Positions 27,635 through 38,104 of a DNA stretch of 64,000 nucleotides are shown here, piece by piece. The notes under the pieces are model-generated. The model made no database searches and was not told where the DNA came from. It saw only the letters and a program-made list of their open reading frames with translations. The translations under genes and the position numbers were made by a program. Numbering within the stretch: position 1 is the stretch's first letter; the number at the start of each line of letters is the position of its first letter. The DNA is from Deltaproteobacteria bacterium. Lineage in GTDB: Bacteria; Myxococcota_A; UBA9160; SMWR01. Location: assembly GCA_032128375.1 (NCBI GenBank), contig JAQBGU010000115.1, positions 1 to 64,000 of the forward strand, given 5' to 3'.

Positions 27635-28741
27635 CTATCGATATTTCTGCACGAAAGAGCGGTCGATGCGGTCTTTCAGTCGCATCATCGCCGTACCGCG
27701 CAAGCTCACTCCCCATTTTGTTCCAACGGCTTCACCGTTGCCCAGATTCAGCAGCGAGAGAAAGTCGCTTTGCGGCTTGAACTCGCGCAGTGGGGCATCC
27801 GTGAGCAGGGCGCGGATGTTCGCGTCGATCACCGGTCCTGCGCGGACGGCATACACGCCAGCCTTCTTCATCCCGTCGAGGCTCGCGCAGTCGCCGACCG
27901 CAAACAGGTTTTCCCATCCGCGAACGCGAAAGGTTGATTCGACTTCGAAGAAACCGCGCTCGTCTTTGGGGAGATCGAAGCTCGCCGCGACGGGAAGCGA
28001 GGCGGGGCCGGTCACCCATACGACGCCGCTGCACGCGATCGTTTCACCGCCATCGAACTCGACGCGGTCGGCGAAGACTTCACGTACTTTGCGGTTGCGA
28101 TGCACCACCAGTCCGCGGCGTGCTGCCAGTTTTTCGATCACGCTTTTCGCGGAAGCGGAGCTGCCATCGAGGAGTTCTGCGGTCGCGGTCACGATCTGGA
28201 CGCGGGCAATCGAAGCTGCGCCGTCCGATCGCAGCCGTGCGTCGAGGCAGAACGCGACCTCGACGCCGCCTGCACCGGCGCCGACGACCAATAGCGGATG
28301 TTCCGCGCTCGCGGTGAATGCCACTGCAAGCTCGTCGATCCGTCGCAGGAATGGCTCGATCGGACGGCTCGGGAGCGTGTGCTGCGCGACGCCGGGAATA
28401 TCCGTGCCCGCGACGCCGGAGCCAATGTCGATCGATGCGACGTCATAGTCGATCGTGGCGGCGGTCGAACAGGTTGCCCGGTTGTTCGCAGCATCGATCC
28501 GGACGACGGCGTCCTGCAGGTAGTCGGCGCCCGCCTTTGTGCAAAGACCCACAAGATCGATCTCGACGTCTTTGCGCTCGTACTGTCTTGCGATGTAACC
28601 CGGGACCATGCCCGAGTAGATGGGCCGCGCATTCGGATCCACGATGGCAAGCGTCGTGTTCTCGATCTTCTGCTGTGACCAACGCCGAACCACCTCAACA
28701 TGGCTGTGACCTGCGCCTATCAGAAGAACTCGTCGCTTCAC
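27635..28741 (-). CDS. FAD-dependent pyridine nucleotide-disulfide oxidoreductase (family found fused to SelD)
   Basis: LIGAGHSH, YSGMVPG, VVGAGAGGVE, FAVGDCA, KAGVYAVRAGP and LKDRIDRSFV. Confidence 0.85.
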   Translation of the reverse strand: MKRRVLLIGAGHSHVEVVRRWSQQKIENTTLAIVDPNARPIYSGMVPGYIARQYERKDVEIDLVGLCTKAGADYLQDAVVRIDAANNRATCSTAATIDYDVASIDIGSGVAGTDIPGVAQHTLPSRPIEPFLRRIDELAVAFTASAEHPLLVVGAGAGGVEVAFCLDARLRSDGAASIARVQIVTATAELLDGSSASAKSVIEKLAARRGLVVHRNRKVREVFADRVEFDGGETIACSGVVWVTGPASLPVAASFDLPKDERGFFEVESTFRVRGWENLFAVGDCASLDGMKKAGVYAVRAGPVIDANIRALLTDAPLREFKPQSDFLSLLNLGNGEAVGTKWGVSLRGTAMMRLKDRIDRSFVQKYR

Positions 28742-29029
28742 TGCAGATCCCCCCGCTGCGGGTGAGGATACCAGCAGCGGGGGCCGCGGCGAAGGTTGAA
28801 TCGAAATCGACAGCGGCGTCGCTCGGACTACAAGCCAGATCGCAAGAACCCCGAAGTTCGGCGAGCAGCAGGCCAACTCGTCGGCTGGCACGCGCAGTGG
28901 ATCGTATCCGTCCGGTTCGACCGACTCGAATGGGATTCCTTCACAGCGACCTTGCTTGGTTCATGCGCATGAGCTGACCCGCCCGCTGTGTGATCAATTC
29001 GCTCATGCGATGGGGCCATCAGGTGAAGT

Positions 29030-29220
29030 CGAATCTCGCGAGCGACATGCTCGACCTCGTGGTGGATCGTCGTGATCAGCGAGTCGGCGTTCGTGTTGGG
29101 ACCGTAGAGCATGAACAAGTTCAGAAAGCCGGCCGTGACGACGCCCTTGTAGGCCTGCGCCGCGTCCGCCCACGCCTGCGTGATCTTGAATAAGCCACGC
29201 CCGACCCCCTCGACGACCGA
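29030..29220 (-). pseudogene. Baeyer-Villiger monooxygenase internal fragment
   Basis: AWADAAQAYKGVVTAGFLNLFMLYGPNTN parallels [27 protein letters not shown] in the intact BVMO at 53297-54940. Confidence 0.65.
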
Positions 29221-29597
29221 CAAGGATTTTGTCATTTGAAAGCCTGCCGATGCACAGTCGAGCGCTGAACTCGTTCGCGACCTCTTCACCGAGCATCGTC
29301 GATGCCGTCGAGAACTTGAATGCCGCTCTGCCAGGTGGCGCGGATTGATGGGTGCTCGCCCGAGACGGCGAGCGCCCGAAGCGTCGAAGGGCATATTTGC
29401 GAACCGCGTTCGGTACGGGGGATGCGGCCAGGGTGGGAGGTCCAGCTTGTTTGCCGAATGAGGGGAATTCAACTCGCTCAGTAGAACGCCGAGCCGTGGC
29501 TGTGTCAAAGCCCGCAGGTGGTGAGTGAAATCACGCGCGCCGAGAGGCGCAGGTGGTGCGCAGGGCTTCTCTGTGGGCCCAGGCTTGGCTAGATCCC

Positions 29598-29613
29598 TGG
29601 CACGAAATTCGCA
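29598..29613 (+). promoter_or_regulatory. Putative sigma54 (-24/-12) promoter
   Basis: TGGCACGAAATTCGCA has the correct GG-N10-GC spacing, about 160 nt upstream of a secreted-protein gene. Confidence 0.55.
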
Positions 29614-29615
29614 GA

Positions 29616-29689
29616 GTCTCGTAATGGGCGTCTCGTGATGGGCGTCTTGTGATGGGCGTCTCGTAATGGGCGTCTCGCAATGGGCGTCT
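29616..29689. repeat. 14-bp tandem repeat, 5.3 copies
   Basis: GTCTCGTAATGGGC, GTCTCGTGATGGGC, GTCTTGTGATGGGC, GTCTCGTAATGGGC, GTCTCGCAATGGGC, GTCT. Confidence 0.9.
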
Positions 29690-29770
29690 GGCGACGTCGC
29701 GGTGCGGGTCGGCCCAAAGCAAACTGAGCAAGACGTCTCACTCCAAAACGATTCTCCCGAGGCTTCACTG

Positions 29771-30706
29771 ATGATCAGACAAGAGCAGATGGGTTTCAAG
29801 CTGTTGATTAGTACCACCCTGGGTGTCTTGATTGTGTCGACGGGTGTGGAGGCACAACCGGTGGAAGACACTACCGGGAAGGTCTGGCGACAACTGAACG
29901 AAACCACGGGCCTGAGCTGGGAAGAGGTTCGCGCCGTGTGTCCCACGGATGGGCGAACACCCTGTTCGGGAACCGTCGGAGACACGGACCTAACAGATTG
30001 GGTCTGGGCCAGTGCAGAACAAGTTCTTGCCCTACTGGCTGTGAGTGAACCGGACCTGCTCACCTCTGAATTTTCCCTCGTGACCGGCCCAGCGTACTTC
30101 GGCTCCGCCGCCGACTTGGTGTCGATTGGATTTCAGTACACGTACGCATCATCTGGTACCTACCATCAATCTGCTGGGGCGAGAGGTACTACCTCGTCGC
30201 TTACGACGGACGGCATGCCCATTCGCGGTTCAGCGGGTTGGGGATGCAGTCCATGTGGTGGCAGTCTTGGGGTGAGCCCATCCCCGGGCGACACTGCGTC
30301 TGTCGATCCTGCCACCGGCGTCTGGCTATGGCGTTCCATTGGGTTGGATGTTTCTCCGCCCGATGTCGTATCGCCGGAAGTCGCCGGCAACTGTGGTGAC
30401 TCTGACGGTGATGGGGTTGATGACTGCGAGGACAACTGCAGCGATGTCCCCAATCCGGAACAGGACGACACTGACGTGGACGATTGTGGCAACGTGTGTG
30501 ACGCGGACTATGACCAGGATGGTTTGGTCACATTTGTCGATTTCGCAGCTTTCGCCCAAGCGTTCGGATTTTTCGAATTGGACAAAGATCACAGTGAGCC
30601 CGTCATCGGCCCGGCGGGATCCCCCGACTACGGGTACTTTACAGCCGCATTCGGCGGCACGCCGGGTCCTTCCGGAACGACGACAGGAACATTGGCCTGC
30701 CCGTAG
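29771..30706 (+). CDS. Secreted protein with thrombospondin type 3 and dockerin/EF-hand-like C-terminal module
   Basis: Signal peptide (..GVEA-Q), DSDGDGVDDCEDNCSDVPNPEQDDTD, DYDQDGLVTFVDF and terminal PGPSG. Confidence 0.8.
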   Translation: MIRQEQMGFKLLISTTLGVLIVSTGVEAQPVEDTTGKVWRQLNETTGLSWEEVRAVCPTDGRTPCSGTVGDTDLTDWVWASAEQVLALLAVSEPDLLTSEFSLVTGPAYFGSAADLVSIGFQYTYASSGTYHQSAGARGTTSSLTTDGMPIRGSAGWGCSPCGGSLGVSPSPGDTASVDPATGVWLWRSIGLDVSPPDVVSPEVAGNCGDSDGDGVDDCEDNCSDVPNPEQDDTDVDDCGNVCDADYDQDGLVTFVDFAAFAQAFGFFELDKDHSEPVIGPAGSPDYGYFTAAFGGTPGPSGTTTGTLACP

Positions 30707-30762
30707 GTTTTTCGACCAGACGAAATCTCGTTGATGCCAGGCACGCACAGTTCAGCACACTG

Positions 30763-31302
30763 TTATGCGCCTACGAGCGACCAGTCCAGGATCAGGTCTC
30801 CCGCTGCAAGCCGTTCAGTGAGCGTGGCAAACACCTCCCTCTCGCTAGGGCTTCCAGCGTCGATCCCGTGCCTTGCGAGCGGTCCCAGATCCGCAAATTG
30901 ACGCTGCATGTGCGTCACGGTCGGACTCAGACCCGCGCCCTGCCGAATTCTGACGCGAGCCATGGCTTCGATCTCGGAGACCTGCAGCACGACGTAGTGT
31001 GTGGGTGTATCGGGCTCGAGATACGGCCGGAAGACAGGCAGGAACCAAGGTCCGACGATTCCGTCGAGGTAGACAGAGTAGCCGCCCCTGACGAACGCCT
31101 GGACCGAAGCGGCCAGAGCCTGCATCACGACCGCGTTTTGATGACGGGATTGCGTTGTCGCAGGATTGATCAGGTGCGGGATGAACTCGTAGAAAGTATC
31201 TGAGACGAGGTGCAACCCGAGCGGGTTCGCCTCAGCAAGGGCGCGACAGACGGTGCTCTTCCCGCTGCCTGGACACCCGGAAACGATTACGGCTGACGTC
31301 AC
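30763..31302 (-). CDS. P-loop kinase / AAA_33-family protein
   Basis: N-terminal Walker A GCPGSGKS, VYLDGI and a lid-like ARVRIR, 179 aa. Confidence 0.85.
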   Translation of the reverse strand: MTSAVIVSGCPGSGKSTVCRALAEANPLGLHLVSDTFYEFIPHLINPATTQSRHQNAVVMQALAASVQAFVRGGYSVYLDGIVGPWFLPVFRPYLEPDTPTHYVVLQVSEIEAMARVRIRQGAGLSPTVTHMQRQFADLGPLARHGIDAGSPSEREVFATLTERLAAGDLILDWSLVGA

Positions 31303-31878
31303 GGGGTCCGCCCGATGCCCGATGAATGGAGCCTTCAGCGCGCGGCGGCATTCGAAACGGCTCGCGAAGGAATCAGAGGGTTGATGCCCGACTGTACCAA
31401 ACGTCGCAACGCCCAGGCGTCAGCCCGTTTGGCGCCGGGTTCCCGTCACCACTCGAGTTCGGGGTCCACACCGATCGCCCACTGCATGGAGCGCCAATCC
31501 AGAACAAATCGAGGACCGCAACCTCACGAGGTCCCGCGATGAAACGAATCCGACACTGAACCTTGATGAATCTTGCCCTCGCGCTCGCTGCGATTCAAAT
31601 GCCCTCGAGCAGCGACGCCGCAGCCGCTGGATGGGCCAATGCTGATGGCGCACCCGGCACACACCGCCGCCAGTTCGGGTGCGCCGGTCACCCGCTGCGC
31701 GCTCACTCGCGCGCCCGGCAGAACACCCCCGTCTTCGCGAACCAAAACGGTCGCGAAGACGGGGGCGGGGGGCACAGCGAACGCCTGCAAACGCCGCAGT
31801 CCGTCGTAGCCGGCTGCGCTCGAGATGCCCCAGTTGCCGGTCCGACAGGAAGCGCCCGTCGGACCGGACTGGCCAGTT

Positions 31879-33063
31879 TCAGTTTCTTTCGAGCCGGCAC
31901 CTTCTGGAGCAACCGTCTCCGTTGCGGCGATTGCCGTCGTCGCACTGTTCACCAGCAGTGACTACGCCGTCACCGCAGACGCTGCGCACCCGGCAGTTGT
32001 TGCTGCAGCCGTCCCTGTTATTTCCGTTGCCGTCGTCACACTCCTCACCGGCATTGACTACGCCGTCGCCGCAGAAGCCGACGACTGCCTCGATCTGACA
32101 CGCCGCGTCACAACCGTCACCGGGGGCGGTGCCGCCATCGTCACACTGCTCACCGGCATCGATTACGCCATCGCCACAGACGCCGACGGCCACTTCGAGC
32201 TGACACAGCGCGTCACAGCCGTCACCGGGGGCGGTGCCGCCATCGTCACACTGCTCACCGGCATCGACTACGCCATCACCGCATACCGGAGTCGGCGGCT
32301 GTGGCGGTGCCGCGGAAAGCTTGCCCATCGTGACGAACAGGTCCGTCTGGATACAGTCGTTCCCGCACTGGAACTCTGGGTAGGCGGCGCCGATTCCCGT
32401 ACCTTCGACTCGGAAGAAGTTCGTCCCGTTGGGGCTACCGGTTACACGATGTTCGATCAGGGGTGTTCCGACATAGCCGGCAGGCGCAACCTCTGCTTCA
32501 TTGGTCCAGCGCAGATACGACTGGATGGGTCTACTGCTCAGCACTGCAGTGAAGTCGCAAGGTGCGACGAAGCAGCCGATGTCCTCGGTCGTATTGACAC
32601 CGCGCGCCCCTGACCTTGTCGCCACTACTTGATCGACGCCATAGGGATGCGTGATGGTGTAGGTGCGACCCTCGACGACGCCATCGAGGCGGAAGCGAAC
32701 TCGGCCGAAGGTGTTCTGGTCTCCGGGAATCACATCCCCGGCCAGGTTCACGAATGAAGCCTCGACTGCGGTCACTAGCAGCGCGAGGTTACCCGTGCTG
32801 TCGCTCTGCATTGCGGCGTCAGATCGCTGGTAGAAGAGCTCTCCTGGGAAATTGTCTGGAAAGGAGAGGGGCGGAGTATTGTCCAGCAGGCAAAGCTCGG
32901 CATTGTCGACGCAGATGTCGAGTGAAGTGCCCGCCGCGTCGACGTAAAACGCCGGAAAGCCGTGGCTGGCGTCCGGTGGACCGGCGGACTGAGCGGCAGC
33001 GTTGGCCGCGATACCAAATGTCAGAAGAGATACCGAGAGGATCTTGAATAGCATAGTCAGCAT
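31879..33063 (-). CDS. Secreted protein with four Myxococcus Cys-rich (DUF4215) repeats
   Basis: Signal peptide, N-terminal GFPAFYVD...YTITHPYG domain, and four CGDGVxxAGExCDDG repeats. Confidence 0.85.
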   Translation of the reverse strand: MLTMLFKILSVSLLTFGIAANAAAQSAGPPDASHGFPAFYVDAAGTSLDICVDNAELCLLDNTPPLSFPDNFPGELFYQRSDAAMQSDSTGNLALLVTAVEASFVNLAGDVIPGDQNTFGRVRFRLDGVVEGRTYTITHPYGVDQVVATRSGARGVNTTEDIGCFVAPCDFTAVLSSRPIQSYLRWTNEAEVAPAGYVGTPLIEHRVTGSPNGTNFFRVEGTGIGAAYPEFQCGNDCIQTDLFVTMGKLSAAPPQPPTPVCGDGVVDAGEQCDDGGTAPGDGCDALCQLEVAVGVCGDGVIDAGEQCDDGGTAPGDGCDAACQIEAVVGFCGDGVVNAGEECDDGNGNNRDGCSNNCRVRSVCGDGVVTAGEQCDDGNRRNGDGCSRRCRLERN

Positions 33064-33608
33064 GTTCGAACTTCCTTATGAATCCAGGCAGATACCCGGC
33101 GACACCCGAACGTCCATGTACCGCGACACTCGCGGAAATAGAAGACCATTCGGACGTCGCGGTCACAATAATGTTACAGTGCAATGTCTTGCAAGAGATT
33201 TTTCGTCTTTATAGGGGCGCAACCGACCTTTTTTGCGAAAAGTAGGCGCGTGACAGCAGCGTTTATGATGGTACACGCTCTCGGATCTCTGGCGGCTTTG
33301 CCTCTGGATCGGAAAGGCGACTCTTCGGAGTGCGTGTACGCATCGGTGAGTAGCGGAAGGCGGCGTTAGGCCGGCGTGAGAGGCTTTTTGGGGCTCGTCG
33401 ATCGCTTGCCGTTTCCCGTTTCCCTATTGCCATTACCCTATTGTCATTACCCTATGGATACGGAGGTGTTGTCTCGGTTCTTTGCACATTGGCCGCGCAA
33501 CGCGTGCGCGGCCAATGTGCGTGTCGGCTGCACATCGCCCACGAGAGCAGCGCAAGATTGCGGAGGCGAACCGCGAGATTGGCAGCAAAAACGGAGCCGT
33601 TTTGCCGG

Positions 33609-35879
33609 TTAGCGGCTTGCGATGGGCGAGCGCTGCTTGACCTCGACCTTCCCTTCGACGGCCGGCACCCCAAGCGGGACCCACTCTTCGGCAATTCGCT
33701 GCACGAGGTCGAAGCGCAAGCCATAGCGACCCGCTCGTGTGGGCGCGCGGATCACAGGCTGCGCGACCACGGCCGCGTGTGGCGGAATGTCCAGGTCGAG
33801 AGGCGCGGTTGATTCCCACACGACTTGATCGGCATCCCGCCCGGCCTCTCGGCCTTCGTTCGACAGGAACCGGTAGCGCAGCACGACCAGCCCCTCGGGT
33901 TGGAGATCGAGCCCCGGCCAGGCCACGTTGGTGTGGTTTTCGATCTCGACAGAAACCGGAGTCGGAATGCCGGTCAGTGGCTCGTAGAGGAGCACGTTGG
34001 GCACAGTGATAGCGAGGCGCCCGGGATCGTCGGAACGCACGATTGGACTGCGCGCCAGATCGGTCAGCGTCCGCGGGCGACTCTTCGCCGAGGTCAGCTT
34101 CTCGAGCCAGCGGCCGGACTGCGCGGTCTCGGGAAGCTGGTAGATCCGAAAATGGCTCCGAGAATCTCGGAGTGCGAGACGGCCCTCCCGAACGGCCGCG
34201 TCCCAGCGCGCAAGCTCGGTTCCGGCGAGCCGATCGACGTGCAAGGTGACCCAGCGGAGCCCCGACAGCGCCTGGAGTCGGTCGATTGCACTCTGCGCCG
34301 GGAGCTGTTGAGCGATCCGTTGGAGCAGTTCGTGGCTAGCGGGCGGGTATCCCGTGTATCCATTCAGGATGGGGCGCCAATCGGTCGCGCTCGACAGTTG
34401 ATAGGCGCTACTCAAGTTCGAATTCAAGACCCGATCCAGCGGCCAGGGAAGCGAGGCCGAGGGCCCGCTCGGGAGGGCTGCGAGGCTGCGGCTGGCCTCC
34501 GAGATGTCGCCGACATCCGACCATGCCGCGCGTGCCGGAAGCTGAAACCATGGTGTGTTGACGACGAGAGCAACGCCTACCAGCGCCAGGACGACATGGC
34601 GCGGAGCGCGTTTTTTCCCAGAGGTTCTCGCTGCCAGCCGGTCCAGCACTGCGATCCCGAGGCCCGCGAGAGCCGGGAACACCATGCCGAGTATGCTGGC
34701 CCAGCGAAACTCGGCGCGCATCTGGGAGAAGCCCGGCACGAACTTCGCCGCCCAACCCGCCGGAAGAGAGAGCGCGAGGTTCCCCAGCTGCAGGTGGGTC
34801 CCGAGCATCATCACAAAGGAGGCCACTGCCAGCATCGACAAGCTTGCGACCAGCGCGGGCAGCCGCTTCGTCGACGCGTCGCCCACGGCGCGCTGCGCTT
34901 GTGGGGTGAGCCCGAGAAGAGCGGAGGCGGCGAGTGCGAATACCACGAGCGGTATGTAATACGTCGTGCCCGCGAACATGCGCTCCCGATCGGCGAGGAG
35001 CGACCCCGTTGGAGCGATGAACGCCCACATCGTCGCCGGATCGGTATCCCCCACGAAGTCGTATCCCGTGGCGAAACCAGCTTGGTCGAGGCGGGCGAGG
35101 TAGGGAAGCGCCAGCAGCGCGACGACCACGCACGGAGCGGCGAAGGCCACTGCGAGGCGCGCCAATGCGGTGCGGTCGAAGCGCACCTGGACGAGCAGGC
35201 CGAGTGCGAGCACACCGGCACTGTAGAGCGCGAAATAGGCGAGGTAGAAAGAAGAGAGCATCTGTACCGACAGCACCACAGCCAGGAAGCCGGTATCTCG
35301 CCACGATCGGGCCCCCAGCGCGATGCGCGCGATGAGAAGCCAAATCAGCGGAAACCACTGGGCGCTGAGCAACTGGAGGTGGCCCAGCTCGCTGAACCGC
35401 CAGGGCATGAATAGAGTCGTCGCAGCGGCCGCGAGCGCCGCCCAGGTGTGGCCCGAAGCCCAGCGCACGAGCGCGAAAGTGTTGAGCGCAAGCACGAAGA
35501 AGGACAGAACCAGTGCAAACTGGTGGAGCGCAATCGGGCTGGACGAGAACACGGCAGCCGGCAGCGCTTGCAGTGCCACGCCAATCAAGTGTTCCGAGCC
35601 GGTGAGTGAATGCCGCTCGGGAAAGAAAGAATTGGCGGCAAAGAACGCTCCCGGCTGGGCAATCGCTGCGTGATGGTCCCACGCCAGAATCCACGCGTTC
35701 AGTCGGGCATCGGGGATCTCGAAGCTTCCCGTGGCGACTCCGTGAATCGCTCGATAATCGATGAAGCAGCTGTCGAGACAACGCAACAGCGGGAACGTCG
35801 CATAGACACACAGCGCTGCGATCACAACAACGCTCCCCGCGACGCCGAGGCGCCGCCAGGGACCGCCCGGTTCGCTCAC
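33609..35879 (-). CDS. Polytopic membrane protein, GT-C/YfhO-like
   Basis: DARLNAWILAWD...FFP...SEH loop, many TM segments, and ILNGYTGY in the periplasmic part. Coupled to the upstream gene by a GTGA overlap. Confidence 0.75.
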   Translation of the reverse strand: MSEPGGPWRRLGVAGSVVVIAALCVYATFPLLRCLDSCFIDYRAIHGVATGSFEIPDARLNAWILAWDHHAAIAQPGAFFAANSFFPERHSLTGSEHLIGVALQALPAAVFSSSPIALHQFALVLSFFVLALNTFALVRWASGHTWAALAAAATTLFMPWRFSELGHLQLLSAQWFPLIWLLIARIALGARSWRDTGFLAVVLSVQMLSSFYLAYFALYSAGVLALGLLVQVRFDRTALARLAVAFAAPCVVVALLALPYLARLDQAGFATGYDFVGDTDPATMWAFIAPTGSLLADRERMFAGTTYYIPLVVFALAASALLGLTPQAQRAVGDASTKRLPALVASLSMLAVASFVMMLGTHLQLGNLALSLPAGWAAKFVPGFSQMRAEFRWASILGMVFPALAGLGIAVLDRLAARTSGKKRAPRHVVLALVGVALVVNTPWFQLPARAAWSDVGDISEASRSLAALPSGPSASLPWPLDRVLNSNLSSAYQLSSATDWRPILNGYTGYPPASHELLQRIAQQLPAQSAIDRLQALSGLRWVTLHVDRLAGTELARWDAAVREGRLALRDSRSHFRIYQLPETAQSGRWLEKLTSAKSRPRTLTDLARSPIVRSDDPGRLAITVPNVLLYEPLTGIPTPVSVEIENHTNVAWPGLDLQPEGLVVLRYRFLSNEGREAGRDADQVVWESTAPLDLDIPPHAAVVAQPVIRAPTRAGRYGLRFDLVQRIAEEWVPLGVPAVEGKVEVKQRSPIASR

Positions 35880-38104
35880 CTGGAATTCACCTGAGCCGTT
35901 CCGGACGCAAGCAGCCGCGGTGGATCCCAGCCCGAAATTCCCAGCAGCGCGCTGATTGGATGGCCCGCTTCGGTCGAGAAATGAAGCACAATGCTGCTGC
36001 CCGCGTATTCGTCCAACGGGATGTCCACTTCCGCCCAGCCCCGGTCGCCCATTTTTTCGTGGGGCACGAGTGTCCTCGAGTAGAGCGGTTCTCGAACTGA
36101 CCCGATCGTCGCCGCTATCTCGAAGCGCACCCAGCTGGACGGATAACGGTCCCAGGCGCTCGGGTGGATCGAGACCGCAGTACGCAGCCGCGCTCCGGGG
36201 GGAACCAGAAGCGGGATCGAAAAGACCGTGCGGTTGCCGTTTGTGCTGGGACGCACCGAGATCGTCGGCCGGAACGGCCAGTTGACCACGCGCAGATAGG
36301 AGTCGCGTTGTTCCGGCAGAAGGCTGCTGCGGAAATCGCCTCTGCGCTCGATGACGAGTGATCCCTTCGCACTGGCTGCATCGAATAGCGGCCGGCCCGG
36401 AGGCGCCTGGTCTTGCCGGCGTGCGCCGATCATGCTGTAGCCGAAGAACTCGCTGTTGAAGACGCGGTCGATTTCGAAGTGTCCGACCAGATGCGAGAAC
36501 AACTCGGAGGCGTACTGCTCGACCGGGGGAAACTCCGGGAAGCGATTGATGTTGTACAGCAGCACCGGAGTCTTGCTGGCCTCCATGGCGTCGATGATGC
36601 GCCGATCCCGCTCGGGGAATTCAGGGAACGGCCAGAGGATGTAGCTGGCGCCGTGCGGGGCGCGCCGTTCGGCAAGGAAGTGAAGGATCGGGAAGTACGG
36701 CATCACCGCCACGGGCTCGTCATCCGGTGTCGCGCGGCGTGTGTACTCGACCATCTCGCCGAGGATTGCCGCCTCGCTGGCCTTGACAAAGATACCGGCT
36801 CGAGGACCTGACAGCCGTGTATCGTGGAGCGAGTGAAAATTCCAGACGAGTCGACCGGAATAACCGACGAAGGCCACGGTCGGGACCAGAGCGACGGCAG
36901 CCACGCTCCACATCAGCCCGCGCCGCGTGCGAAACAGCGCGTGCGCATAGACGACAGTCAGGCAGATCAGTGGCCAGTAGAGTACAGACAGGTGCACGTA
37001 GTCCTGCGGCCGATAGCCATGCGCGAGCAGTACGAATGCCGCTCCGAACGCCAGCAGGGCGAACTCAACCCCGTAGACGTCGCGGGTAGCCGGATCTCGC
37101 AGCGCTGATCGCAAGTACCACAGGCGCACACCACCGCCCAGGACCAGGGCTATCGGTCCGTAGATGAAGAGCTTGATTGCGACGTCGTAGAGCGGAGTCT
37201 GGGTATAGAGGAAGCTCTCCGAAACAGTCCGCCAGTCGGATATGAACACGATGGGCGGAAAATTGTGCTGCAACCCGACCCCGCTGCGCAGCGCCGGGTC
37301 CTGTTCGAAAAAAGGAAGCAACGGCGCGAACGCCGCATAGTCGAAGCTCGCCAGGCCGACGAAGTGATTGAGCACCGTCATCTGGATCACCTGACCGAGA
37401 ATGCCCACCGAAAAAAAGTGAAGACCCGCGACTGCGCCGACGCCTACCGCGGGAGCGAGGAACCAGGCGAAAGCAGTGCCGAGCCCGATTCGCTGTTCCC
37501 GTGGGCGTGAGTACGTGTACGCGACGAGCGAAGCACCCGATGCAAGCAGAGCCGCCGCGCCATAGTCCTGTTTGCAGAAGACCCCCAGGCCAAACAGCAG
37601 CCCTGAGACACAAAGGTCCCGGGGTCGACTGGAGCGGAAAAATGCCAGCAGGGCCAACATAGATGCGGCCAGCATGAGCAGGGTGAGACTCGAATAGCCG
37701 TACATCTGCCATTGTGGAAACGCCCAAACCCGGTAGAGCAACAGCAGGGCCACACATGCCACCGCGTAGTGGGTCGAGACGAGCTTTCGAACCAGCACCC
37801 AGCTCATCGCGACGAGAAGGCAGAATTCCAACAGGACGAGCCAACGAGCCACCAGAATCGACGGGCCGAAGAGTCGAAACGCCAAGCTCAGAAGGTAGAA
37901 CGAGCCGGGCAGCGGATAGATCGTCGCGTCGCGATACAGCGTACCGCCGTGATTCACGAGGTCCGCGTACTGCAGGATGTGTCCCTCATCCATTGCGCTG
38001 AACCAGCGGTTGAACAGCGGCAGTTGCCAGCAGAACGCGACCAGCGCGGCGCCGAACGGGGGCCCGAACCGAGCCAACGGGGATGGGACTTCGGCTGCGG
38101 CCAT
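35876..38104 (-). CDS. GT-C-fold (ArnT/PMT-like) membrane glycosyltransferase
   Basis: MDEG acidic motif after TM1, LYRD..YPLPG, GLLFGLGVFCKQ, and a C-terminal beta-sandwich-like domain. Confidence 0.8.
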   Translation of the reverse strand: MAAAEVPSPLARFGPPFGAALVAFCWQLPLFNRWFSAMDEGHILQYADLVNHGGTLYRDATIYPLPGSFYLLSLAFRLFGPSILVARWLVLLEFCLLVAMSWVLVRKLVSTHYAVACVALLLLYRVWAFPQWQMYGYSSLTLLMLAASMLALLAFFRSSRPRDLCVSGLLFGLGVFCKQDYGAAALLASGASLVAYTYSRPREQRIGLGTAFAWFLAPAVGVGAVAGLHFFSVGILGQVIQMTVLNHFVGLASFDYAAFAPLLPFFEQDPALRSGVGLQHNFPPIVFISDWRTVSESFLYTQTPLYDVAIKLFIYGPIALVLGGGVRLWYLRSALRDPATRDVYGVEFALLAFGAAFVLLAHGYRPQDYVHLSVLYWPLICLTVVYAHALFRTRRGLMWSVAAVALVPTVAFVGYSGRLVWNFHSLHDTRLSGPRAGIFVKASEAAILGEMVEYTRRATPDDEPVAVMPYFPILHFLAERRAPHGASYILWPFPEFPERDRRIIDAMEASKTPVLLYNINRFPEFPPVEQYASELFSHLVGHFEIDRVFNSEFFGYSMIGARRQDQAPPGRPLFDAASAKGSLVIERRGDFRSSLLPEQRDSYLRVVNWPFRPTISVRPSTNGNRTVFSIPLLVPPGARLRTAVSIHPSAWDRYPSSWVRFEIAATIGSVREPLYSRTLVPHEKMGDRGWAEVDIPLDEYAGSSIVLHFSTEAGHPISALLGISGWDPPRLLASGTAQVNSR

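Noticed and set aside
30720..30770. Possible integron attC site (GCATAAC overlapping the kinase stop codon; also GACTAAC after hicA)
   Set aside because: No matching GTTRRRY box or paired L boxes were found at a suitable distance, and there is no integron integrase.
31825..32613. Hydrophobic repeat ORF (VTLLTGIDYA) on the plus strand
   Set aside because: Antisense shadow of the DUF4215 repeats.
33825..35811. Long alternative ORFs of 529 and 467 aa, and similar ones at 8467-9795, 24616-26025 and 28828-30063
   Set aside because: They overlap better-supported genes and have the Arg/Pro-rich or motif-free composition expected of off-frame ORFs in high-GC DNA.
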